64,000 nucleotides of DNA from Promethearchaeota archaeon (lineage in GTDB: Archaea > Asgardarchaeota > Hermodarchaeia > Hermodarchaeales > Hermodarchaeaceae). Positions 56,980-64,000 of the stretch are shown one piece after another (position 1 is the stretch's first letter; every line of letters begins with the position of its first letter). The notes beneath the pieces were generated by a model. The model searched no databases. It saw only the letters and a program-made list of their open reading frames with translations, and was not told where the DNA came from. A program made the translations under genes and the position numbers. The stretch is from assembly GCA_048939595.1 (NCBI GenBank), contig JBHLPI010000003.1:2366-66365 (forward strand), read 5' to 3'.

Positions 56980-58164
56980 TTACTCGGTGTGGATCCTAAA
57001 CAAGTCGATGTCGCCTTGCATCTGTGTGAGGAATTCGCGGGTAGATCTTTCGATATCATGGGATTGGGTGATGTAGCGACCGACTACTATGATGTCCGCT
57101 TTTGCCTTAAGAGCAGCATCAATATTATCAGGTCGAATGCCCCCTGCCACGGAAACAAGGAGACGTTTTCCTTTGAATGCGGTTTTAACTGCTTTGACGA
57201 TTTCCCATTTGTGATCGGTACGACCTTCGGTGTCAATTCCCCGATGCATGATGACAACATTTGGTGGCATCTTAAGGCTTTGAAGCTTGGCTATTGGGTC
57301 TTCTACATTCATCATATCTACAAAGGAATAAATGCCCAACCGGTTGGTTTCATAAATGAACTGATCGATGGTATCTACCGAGGCTAATCCAGAAACCACA
57401 ACTGCATCAGCTGACTCATCGAAGGCTAAATCAACTTCAACCTTCCCCACATCAAGTGTCTTAAGATCAGCGACTAAGAACTTGTCCTTGGCAACTTCCC
57501 GAATATCACGGAGGACCTCAGTTCCATAACGTTTGATAAGGGGCGTTCCTGCTTCTAGAATGAGATTATCACTTTTAGGAAGCACTTCGATTATCTTCTT
57601 CGTCTTTTCAAGACTAGGAATATCTAATGCAATCTGTAGGTATGGTGGACGCCATAAGCGTGGAACCCGAAAACCCATAATGGGATGCGTTGCGCGATCT
57701 TTGTCATACATGATTTTATCTACTGGAGGATAGTTGGATAGAGCCCGCTGAATTGAAAGTTTCGTAGCGGCATAATTGTAATGATAAATTCGTCGGTAAT
57801 CTTTTGCATCAGGGTGAATGAAAACGCTGCACAAAATTACCCACTCATCTGCCTTAGCCTTTGGTATTATTCCTTCCTCCAAAGCATCGGCCACAGCTTT
57901 AGCAACAGCGGCTTGCGCTGGACCGAATATTTTCTCTGCATCACCCATGTCTTTTACAGTTACTTTAGGGATAATGAGTGTATGAGGTTTAGGTGGAAGA
58001 TTCGGTCGTATTACAGCTAACAAAGGAGAATGCCCATGAGATACATTGGTCATTCCATGGGCAAAAGCCGTCCCAACCGGACCTGACTTTTCACCAATAA
58101 TCATATCTACATGTGCAATTTCTGCGCCTTTGCCAATGAGGGCTTCACCAACAAGGTATACCAT
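56980..58164 (-). CDS. bifunctional formaldehyde-activating enzyme / 3-hexulose-6-phosphate synthase
   Basis: N-terminal Fae ([20 protein letters not shown]...GHSPLLAV), and a C-terminal HPS/OMPdecase-fold ([10 protein letters not shown]...LEAGTPLIK...VADLKTLD). Confidence 0.9.
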   Translation of the reverse strand: MVYLVGEALIGKGAEIAHVDMIIGEKSGPVGTAFAHGMTNVSHGHSPLLAVIRPNLPPKPHTLIIPKVTVKDMGDAEKIFGPAQAAVAKAVADALEEGIIPKAKADEWVILCSVFIHPDAKDYRRIYHYNYAATKLSIQRALSNYPPVDKIMYDKDRATHPIMGFRVPRLWRPPYLQIALDIPSLEKTKKIIEVLPKSDNLILEAGTPLIKRYGTEVLRDIREVAKDKFLVADLKTLDVGKVEVDLAFDESADAVVVSGLASVDTIDQFIYETNRLGIYSFVDMMNVEDPIAKLQSLKMPPNVVIMHRGIDTEGRTDHKWEIVKAVKTAFKGKRLLVSVAGGIRPDNIDAALKAKADIIVVGRYITQSHDIERSTREFLTQMQGDIDLFRIHTE

Positions 58165-58278
58165 TGAACGTCGTCCCCAAGGATAGTTTCAGTTTTCTTA
58201 ACTCCAACATCCGTTATAATAACGTTTTGTGACAATACCGATATTGAAGTGTAGGAAAATAAAAGCAGTTCTTTAACT

Positions 58279-58452
58279 CTACCAGGTTATTTCTCGTTGG
58301 AAGAGGAGATAATGATTAACCCAGTTTGGGTCACCTGTAGCCTGATAAGTGTGAAGTTGCCAACCATCTTTTTGGTATTCGGCAATTGTTCTCGCAATAT
58401 TTTTGTGATGATTAACCTGCACGCAAATATATTCGAAGTCGATATTCTTCAA
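58279..58452 (-). CDS. small conserved protein, DUF4177-like
   Basis: 57-aa ORF below the track cutoff: MKNIDFEYICVQVNHHKNIARTIAEYQKDGWQLHTYQATGDPNWVNHYLLFQREITW. AGGTGA lies 7 nt upstream of the TTG. It follows the pattern YEY..v....(n)..GW.L. Confidence 0.45.
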   Translation of the reverse strand: MKNIDFEYICVQVNHHKNIARTIAEYQKDGWQLHTYQATGDPNWVNHYLLFQREITW

Positions 58453-58639
58453 ATAGGATTCACCTGTTTATTCCTCAAGAAAATTCAAATAAAAGGATTG
58501 GGAGGTTATTGTATATTCGCTTAGAAGAGATTTACAGATAGTCAATTATTTTTAACCAAAACGTTAATACCTTGTGGAATCGTGTTGGGTTTTACTCAAA
58601 GTCCTATGAAAATGGAGGTGTTATGCATGGCAACTGATC

Positions 58640-59026
58640 ATGATGGGGTTGGCTGCGAAATCCTCCATGAAAGACAACTTCTTTGATGATTTGAGTACAC
58701 CACTTCAACTAGAGACCTTCTTTCTTCAACTTGCGACAGCCTTTGCTAAGCTGGCTTACACACGATTAACCAAAAAACAACGATTTCTTTTACTGATGAC
58801 CAACCAAACACTCCAATATCATCCTAAGTTATCACCAACAGCACTAGCCGATTGCCTAGCTCGTAAATTCCATCTCCCGTTGAGCACAACTAAATTCAAC
58901 TTGAATGTTCTCACAAGAGCTGGGCTGTTACAACCTCGTAGGTCTAAAGACCAAGGATCAAGAATATGTCTTTCTTTTGGCGGTTGGCTTCTTACGCAGC
59001 TTCTCTCTGAATCAGACATAGAATAA
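58640..59026 (+). CDS. winged-helix (MarR/ArsR-like) putative regulator
   Basis: LSPTALADCLARKFHLPLSTTKFNLNVLTRAGLL. Confidence 0.5.
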   Translation: MMGLAAKSSMKDNFFDDLSTPLQLETFFLQLATAFAKLAYTRLTKKQRFLLLMTNQTLQYHPKLSPTALADCLARKFHLPLSTTKFNLNVLTRAGLLQPRRSKDQGSRICLSFGGWLLTQLLSESDIE

Positions 59027-59043
59027 GAGGCCCAGAATCAAGT

Positions 59044-59080
59044 ATGAGGACTGCTGTTAGTGGTCCTCATTGTATTTTTT
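59044..59080 (+). terminator. hairpin plus T-tract between convergent genes
   Basis: ATGAGGAC (59044-59051) pairs with GTCCTCAT (59063-59070), followed by TGTATTTTTT. Lies between the 58640-59026 (+) gene and gap (-). Confidence 0.4.
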
Positions 59081-60083
59081 AAAAGCTGGAGGCAACCATT
59101 TGAGTAAGTTCAATTAAACGTGCACTAAACCCTGCTTCGTTATCATACCAAGATACTACGTGTGCGAAATTACCATCAAGAATCTCTGTAAGTTCACTAT
59201 CGAAAATTGAGGAGTGGAGATTGCCGATGATATCTGTTGAAACTATTGGATCTTCATTATATTGTAGGATGCCCTTGAGGTAGGTTTTTGCAGCTTTTCG
59301 GAAGCTTTCGTTGAGTTCATCCTTGGATGTGGCTTTTTCAAGTTCGACACTAAGATCGATAATAGATCCATCTGGGATAGGTACTCGGTAAGCCATTGCT
59401 GCCATCTTTCCTTCCAGTTGTGGAAAGAGACGAATGATTGCTTTGGCAGCACCAGTAGTTGTTGGTATAATGTTAACTCCGGCAGCGCGAGCCCGACGGT
59501 AATCTTTGTGGATTGCATCTAGAAGATTTTGGCCTAAGGTATAACCATGGATTGTTGACATGAATCCGTGTTTTATCCCATAGTTTTCATGGAGGATCTT
59601 GATTACCGGTGCAAAGCAATTAGTTGTACAAGAAGCGTTTGATATGACATGATGATTCTTTGGATCATAGCTGTCATCATTGACACCCATTACAAACATT
59701 GCATCTTCACCCTTTCCAGGAGCCGAGATAATGACCTTGCTTGCTCCTGCTTGAAGATGCAGAGCCGCCTTATCTCGATCTCGAAATACACCTGTAGCTT
59801 CAATAGCGATATCAACCCCAAGCCTTTTCCAAGGGAGTTTTGCAGGGTCTCGCTCTTGAAATAGTTTGATTGTATGATCATCAACATGTAACTCGCCCCT
59901 AGCAGTTTCAATGGTTCCTTGAAATCGCCCGTAAATAGAGTCATATCGTAGAAGATGGGCTAAGATTTCAGGTCCACCTAAATCGTTTGCAGCAACGAGT
60001 TCGACATCTTTTTTATCGATAATGCCACGAAGAAAATTTCGACCGATTCGACCAAGACCGTTGATGGCAACCTTTACAGCCAT
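59079..60083 (-). CDS. gap: type I (bacterial/eukaryotic-type) glyceraldehyde-3-phosphate dehydrogenase
   Basis: INGLGRIGRNFLR, active site SNASCTTNC, WYDNEAGFS. Confidence 0.95.
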   Translation of the reverse strand: MAVKVAINGLGRIGRNFLRGIIDKKDVELVAANDLGGPEILAHLLRYDSIYGRFQGTIETARGELHVDDHTIKLFQERDPAKLPWKRLGVDIAIEATGVFRDRDKAALHLQAGASKVIISAPGKGEDAMFVMGVNDDSYDPKNHHVISNASCTTNCFAPVIKILHENYGIKHGFMSTIHGYTLGQNLLDAIHKDYRRARAAGVNIIPTTTGAAKAIIRLFPQLEGKMAAMAYRVPIPDGSIIDLSVELEKATSKDELNESFRKAAKTYLKGILQYNEDPIVSTDIIGNLHSSIFDSELTEILDGNFAHVVSWYDNEAGFSARLIELTQMVASSF

Positions 60084-60192
60084 AAAGTATCCCTCCGCGG
60101 GAGTGACGTTTCAATATTTTATGGCTATAAGTGTTTCCGCAGCTTCTAGTGCCGTTAATTCAAATCGAATAGCAGTTATACGAGGCACATAT

Positions 60193-60552
60193 TTATGATT
60201 CAAAATTAAGTTGTTCCTTGATGCTTGTGGGTAATGGTTCACGGGTAAGTAAGTAAATTATCGAAAGAAGGAAGAGATCAAAATCTGAAAGGTTATCGAT
60301 ATTTGCCCAGGGCGTTGATTCAAGTGTTACGCAGAGAACGAGCGGTTCTTTGCCTTCTAGCAAGGCATAGACATGCCCCATTTTAAGGTCTACTTCGAAT
60401 GCAGCCTCATCCCGCTGAATAAGAAGGCGGTTTCCCCGGATTTTGAAGCCTTCGGATTGAAGTAATTGTTTTAGTCCTTCGAGGTTACGCTCACGTGTAG
60501 CTTTAGGTTTTCCTGTTACCAGAAGATTACGCCTTCGCCGAAGATCATGCAT
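60193..60552 (-). CDS. hypothetical protein
   Basis: 119-aa ORF, same strand as and downstream of the profilin-like gene. No motif recognised. Confidence 0.4.
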   Translation of the reverse strand: MHDLRRRRNLLVTGKPKATRERNLEGLKQLLQSEGFKIRGNRLLIQRDEAAFEVDLKMGHVYALLEGKEPLVLCVTLESTPWANIDNLSDFDLFLLSIIYLLTREPLPTSIKEQLNFES

Positions 60553-60699
60553 CCATTGGTCGGTGTGTAGTTCCCTGCTAGTTTCCGAATCTGAAGAAGA
60601 TTTCTTTGAACGCGACGACGGATTGATGAAAATGCACTCCCCAATTGGAGAATCGATTTCTTTATCCTTTTCCTTGGATGTGGTGCTTAGAGGAGGATG

Positions 60700-61071
60700 C
60701 TACATGAACCCTCCAATATTAGCTGATGCTTTAGCGATTTCTACATAAGCGCCTTGAACATCGCCTTGAGGAGAGACATAGGCAATGACATAACCCTTGT
60801 CTCGAGCAGCAGCGATAACGATTGATCCTTGACCGCGAACATTGGTTGCTACCAAATGGTGGTCAGTTGCTTGAATCGTACTATATTTGACCCCTTGTAT
60901 TGTGACACTGGGTGGCTTACTTTGAATTGCTGAAAGTATTTCTGCACCCGCGATAGTCCAGTTGGGAGTTGTAAAAAGTACGGTTCCGTCACTTCTGATA
61001 ACCGAAACAGCCATAATTGTACTGTCGACTTGTTGCATGTAGTTAACCCAAGCTTGAATGTTTTCAGACAT
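60700..61071 (-). CDS. profilin-like protein
   Basis: N-terminal W..Y helix (IQAWVNYMQQ), AVSVIRSDGTV strand, and GVKYSTIQATDHHLVATNVRGQGSIVIAAARDKGYVIAYV. The last parallels the profilin G.KY..I......I.G..G.GG......T....I..Y core. A C-terminal helix follows; 123 aa. Confidence 0.7.
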   Translation of the reverse strand: MSENIQAWVNYMQQVDSTIMAVSVIRSDGTVLFTTPNWTIAGAEILSAIQSKPPSVTIQGVKYSTIQATDHHLVATNVRGQGSIVIAAARDKGYVIAYVSPQGDVQGAYVEIAKASANIGGFM

Positions 61072-61159
61072 TTTGTGCCTAAACCTCTCACAGCCAGATT
61101 ACAGTTAATATTATAAGACATTTTTGAAATCGCTTACTAAAAGGTTCTGGCAGATAGTG

Positions 61160-61450
61160 ATGATTGAGCCACATAATAAGGGAACCTTACTTAGAATCCG
61201 CGTGAAGCCGCGTTCAAGAACACAGGCTATTTTTCTAGATGAGGAGTGTTCTGTTCATGTAAAAGCTGCACCAACTCGTGGAGAAGCGAATCTTGAAGTT
61301 CTAAAAGTCATCGCTAGAGCATTAGGAATCCATACTGATCGCGTTCACCTAATCACCGGGAAAACGACCCAAAATAAAATCATCCTAATAGATGAAATGG
61401 ACCCCCAATCAGTTTTGGAGGCGTTGAAGAACTCATCGCTTACTCTTTGA
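61160..61450 (+). CDS. DUF167/YggU-family protein
   Basis: LRIRVKPRSR...VHVKAAPTRGEANLEVLKVIARALG motif. I prefer the ATG at 61160; the track uses the TTG at 61124. Confidence 0.8.
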   Translation: MIEPHNKGTLLRIRVKPRSRTQAIFLDEECSVHVKAAPTRGEANLEVLKVIARALGIHTDRVHLITGKTTQNKIILIDEMDPQSVLEALKNSSLTL

Positions 61451-63215
61451 CTTTTGTTTGCGATTTATAGGCGTTAAGGATAACTTCGGTAGATGTTGCT
61501 TCTTCAGGAGATTTGTCATCGCGCCAAGTTCCATCAAATCGAGGAAAGCGGATAGCCAACCCTTCATTAGGTGCAATTTGGTCATATGCACAGGTGTGCA
61601 CCGGGCTTCGTGTAATTTCATCCCCTACAACTTGAAACACAAGAGCAGGTCTAAACCAAACGTCGGCTTCCATTTTCGAGTCAACTAGAGCATCTTTGTG
61701 TTTAAGCAAATATGGTTTGAAGCGTTCTGGTAATTGCTCAAGTTCTTCATCACTAAAACCTGTCCCGACTTTACATACGGTTTTAAATTCGCCACTCTCT
61801 TCATCGCGAACAGCAGCTAATAAAGCGCCATAGGTTTTAGCGCGGCGCCCTCTACCCCAAAAAGCTCCAACAACTACAAGGTCAACGGGACCGATTGCCT
61901 GGGCCTGGTATGATTCTTTTAACTTCACCCATAACCAGCTTCGCGCCCCTGCACGATAAATAGAATCAGGTTTAGTAGATTTCACAATCAATCCTTCCCC
62001 ACCATTATCAAGAGATTCACGGAACATCTTTTCAATTTCAGAAGAGCTAGATTGAACCTGTGCAGGAACAAGGCGAGCAAAATTATTTTGATCTACGATT
62101 TCTTCCAAATGGTTTCGCCGAGTTAGATATGGTTGGTGTGTAAGATCGGTTCCATTAACGAATAAACAATCAAAGAAAAATATTGCAACCGGAATTTCTT
62201 GAATCATTTCTTCAATCTTATACTTTCTTCTGCGTCGCATTAGTATTTGAAAGGGAAGTAATTTTTGTGGGTCTTGCTTGTCTACCGCAACAGCTTCCCC
62301 CTCTATGATACAATCCTTTGCTTTGATATTTGTCAATATGAGCTGCACAACATCAGGGTACATTGAAGTAATTTGTTCAAGGCGACGAGAGAATATCACA
62401 ATATCGTCACCTCTTTTATGAATCTGCATCCGTTCTCCATCAAGTTTCCATTCACTTGCAAACTTACTTTCTAATTTCTCGCTAATTTCTTGAGGAGTCG
62501 AAAGTTTTTGAGCAGCCATCATACGAATGGGTTTTCCAATCTGGACTTTGACCTTTTCAATACTATCAAGCCCCTCAAAAGCAATTAGACCTGCTATGTA
62601 TCCCAAATCACTTGTAATATTGTAAGCACGCTCAATCTCATCGCGATGTTCTTTGCCACCAGCAAAGGCTTGTGCAAGGGCATCAATAACAGTCATCTCA
62701 GCGATACCAAGACGTAAAGTGCCGGTGACAGTACGCAGCAAATAACGTGCTTCAAGCGGAGTAGATGCATTAATTAGACCAGCTAGAGTGCGAATCTTAA
62801 GGTCAGCACTCCCTGATCCTTGAGCAGAGGCAATTTTCACTAACGCACCATGAACTTGTTGGATTGACAGCGGAGCTTGAAATAAAGCCGTTTGGCGTTT
62901 TGATTCAAGTAACTTTTCAATTGCAGTCCCGATATCTCCAGTTGTGTTCACAGTTTCTGTTACCTTATTATTATTGATTCCAAGGGCAATTGATATTGCG
63001 TTAATTGCCATCTTTTCAGCTATTCCAATTTCTGGTTTTCCAGTCCAATCAGGATAGAGTGTGCCTTGAGTGAGATAGACAACCTGTGCAATAGTTTCAG
63101 CATTGGTCGTATTTTCGAGGTACTTAAGGAGTACAGCAAGTATGTCTGTCATTTCTAACCTTTTTGTTGTATTCTCTAATCGAGAATAATATTGACAAAT
63201 CTCTCGATACTGCAT
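61440..63215 (-). CDS. lig: ATP-dependent DNA ligase
   Basis: Adenylation motif I EWKLDGERMQIH, motifs EGEAVA, EGLIVK and LVVVGAFWGRGRR. I prefer the ATG at 63215; the track starts at 63245. Confidence 0.9.
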   Translation of the reverse strand: MQYREICQYYSRLENTTKRLEMTDILAVLLKYLENTTNAETIAQVVYLTQGTLYPDWTGKPEIGIAEKMAINAISIALGINNNKVTETVNTTGDIGTAIEKLLESKRQTALFQAPLSIQQVHGALVKIASAQGSGSADLKIRTLAGLINASTPLEARYLLRTVTGTLRLGIAEMTVIDALAQAFAGGKEHRDEIERAYNITSDLGYIAGLIAFEGLDSIEKVKVQIGKPIRMMAAQKLSTPQEISEKLESKFASEWKLDGERMQIHKRGDDIVIFSRRLEQITSMYPDVVQLILTNIKAKDCIIEGEAVAVDKQDPQKLLPFQILMRRRRKYKIEEMIQEIPVAIFFFDCLFVNGTDLTHQPYLTRRNHLEEIVDQNNFARLVPAQVQSSSSEIEKMFRESLDNGGEGLIVKSTKPDSIYRAGARSWLWVKLKESYQAQAIGPVDLVVVGAFWGRGRRAKTYGALLAAVRDEESGEFKTVCKVGTGFSDEELEQLPERFKPYLLKHKDALVDSKMEADVWFRPALVFQVVGDEITRSPVHTCAYDQIAPNEGLAIRFPRFDGTWRDDKSPEEATSTEVILNAYKSQTKVKE

Positions 63216-63323
63216 TTCACATCTCTTATAACTCAGATACTTCATCAGAGAAAAAGATAGTCACGCGGTTATCTGATATTAACGGAACTCTTTTGCCTTT
63301 TCGTATATTAGTTGAAAAAGACG

Positions 63324-64000
63324 ATGACTCGATGTCTGATTTGTCAACAAATAGATGGATTAGCCGAAGTTCTTCCTATATGTGCATCTTGTTTGAGAAC
63401 TATGCCAGATGAATCAGATGAAATCATTCAAGCTGCTCATAAATGGCGTTCATACCTATTTGAATTACCTGATATTGTCTTTAAGGGAACAAATGGGATT
63501 CAGTGTAAAGTATGTGCAAATGAGTGTTGTATTCCTGAAGGCGAACAAGGTTATTGTGGTCTCCGAATGAATCAGAAAGGACGACTTGTTCAGAAGGTCT
63601 CCGCTACAAGAGCTTTATTACATTATTATTTGGACCCACACATTACAAATTGTTGTGGATCATATTTCTGTCCCGGAGGAACAGGTGCTGGATATCCAAA
63701 GTGGTCCATGAGGTCCAACTCAGAGTATGGCTTTTCGAATCTTGCGGTGTTTTTCTATGGGTGTAGTTTGGATTGTCTGTTTTGCCAAAATGTATCCCAC
63801 AAACAAATCGCTCAGGGAACAACGATAACATCAGATAAGCTTCTCAATGTCATTGAAAACAACTCGAAGATATCTTGTATATGTTATTTTGGCGGATCAC
63901 CAGAACCTCAACTCCCATTTACAATACGCTTTATGGAAACTTGTAAGAACCATTTTGAACAGCGAATACTCCGTCAATGCGTTGAGATGAATGGTCATGG
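63324..64000 (+). CDS. radical SAM enzyme (PflA-activase-related), 3' end beyond window
   Basis: Open-ended, so absent from the ORF track. Translation gives MTRCLICQQ...CKVCANECCIPEGEQGYCGLR...FFYGCSLDCLFCQN (CxxxCxxC). A TTG at 63312 is an alternative start. Confidence 0.8.
   Translation, partial: MTRCLICQQIDGLAEVLPICASCLRTMPDESDEIIQAAHKWRSYLFELPDIVFKGTNGIQCKVCANECCIPEGEQGYCGLRMNQKGRLVQKVSATRALLHYYLDPHITNCCGSYFCPGGTGAGYPKWSMRSNSEYGFSNLAVFFYGCSLDCLFCQNVSHKQIAQGTTITSDKLLNVIENNSKISCICYFGGSPEPQLPFTIRFMETCKNHFEQRILRQCVEMNGH

Noticed and set aside
58297-58524. 75-aa plus-strand ORF in the fae-hps upstream gap.
   Set aside because: It overlaps the minus-strand 57-aa ORF, which has a Shine-Dalgarno motif and a recognisable pattern. 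The plus-strand translation is hydrophobic and featureless.
1-64000. Looked for CRISPR arrays, tandem or inverted long repeats, transposases, integrases, toxin-antitoxin pairs and inteins in the large proteins.
   Set aside because: None was seen by eye. The large proteins (SMC, IleRS, ligase, GlmS) have normal lengths and uninterrupted motifs. Short dispersed repeats cannot be excluded without computation.

Overview
This is a gene-dense archaeal chromosomal window with about 75 protein genes on both strands and one tRNA. I saw no rRNA, CRISPR array, transposase or integrase. The core is archaeal information processing:
- Replication and chromosome maintenance: Orc1/Cdc6, SMC-ScpA-ScpB, NurA-HerA, NucS and ATP-dependent DNA ligase.
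- Transcription: TFB and a TFE-beta-like protein.
- RNA processing and modification: Nop5-fibrillarin, Gar1, Elp3, Trm1, RlmE, CCA-adding enzyme, Rio2 and an Sm protein.
- Translation and targeting: IleRS, SRP19, ribosomal proteins eS30 and eS8, and an NFACT/NEMF homologue.
- Metabolism: GlmS, UppS, a dolichol-kinase-like protein, HypA/HypE, IorAB, Fae-Hps, type I GAPDH and an ADP-forming acetyl-CoA synthetase beta subunit.

Scattered through this core are several proteins with eukaryote-like signatures:
- a profilin-like protein
- a Rab/Ras-like GTPase
- a longin-like protein
- an EMC6/Rab5ip-like membrane protein
- a compact cluster of four Roadblock/LC7 genes around one MglA-type GTPase

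Together these suggest an Asgard-type archaeon; this is an inference from motifs only.

The candidates most worth follow-up are:
- The 4:1 Roadblock/GTPase module at 20.3-22.7 kb.
- A tRNA-Ile(UAU) immediately downstream of ileS, which folds only if two introns are removed.
- The EMC6-like protein.
- A TFB gene whose zinc ribbon begins upstream of any canonical start codon.

All functional calls come from motif recognition by eye and from remembered family signatures. No searches were run.
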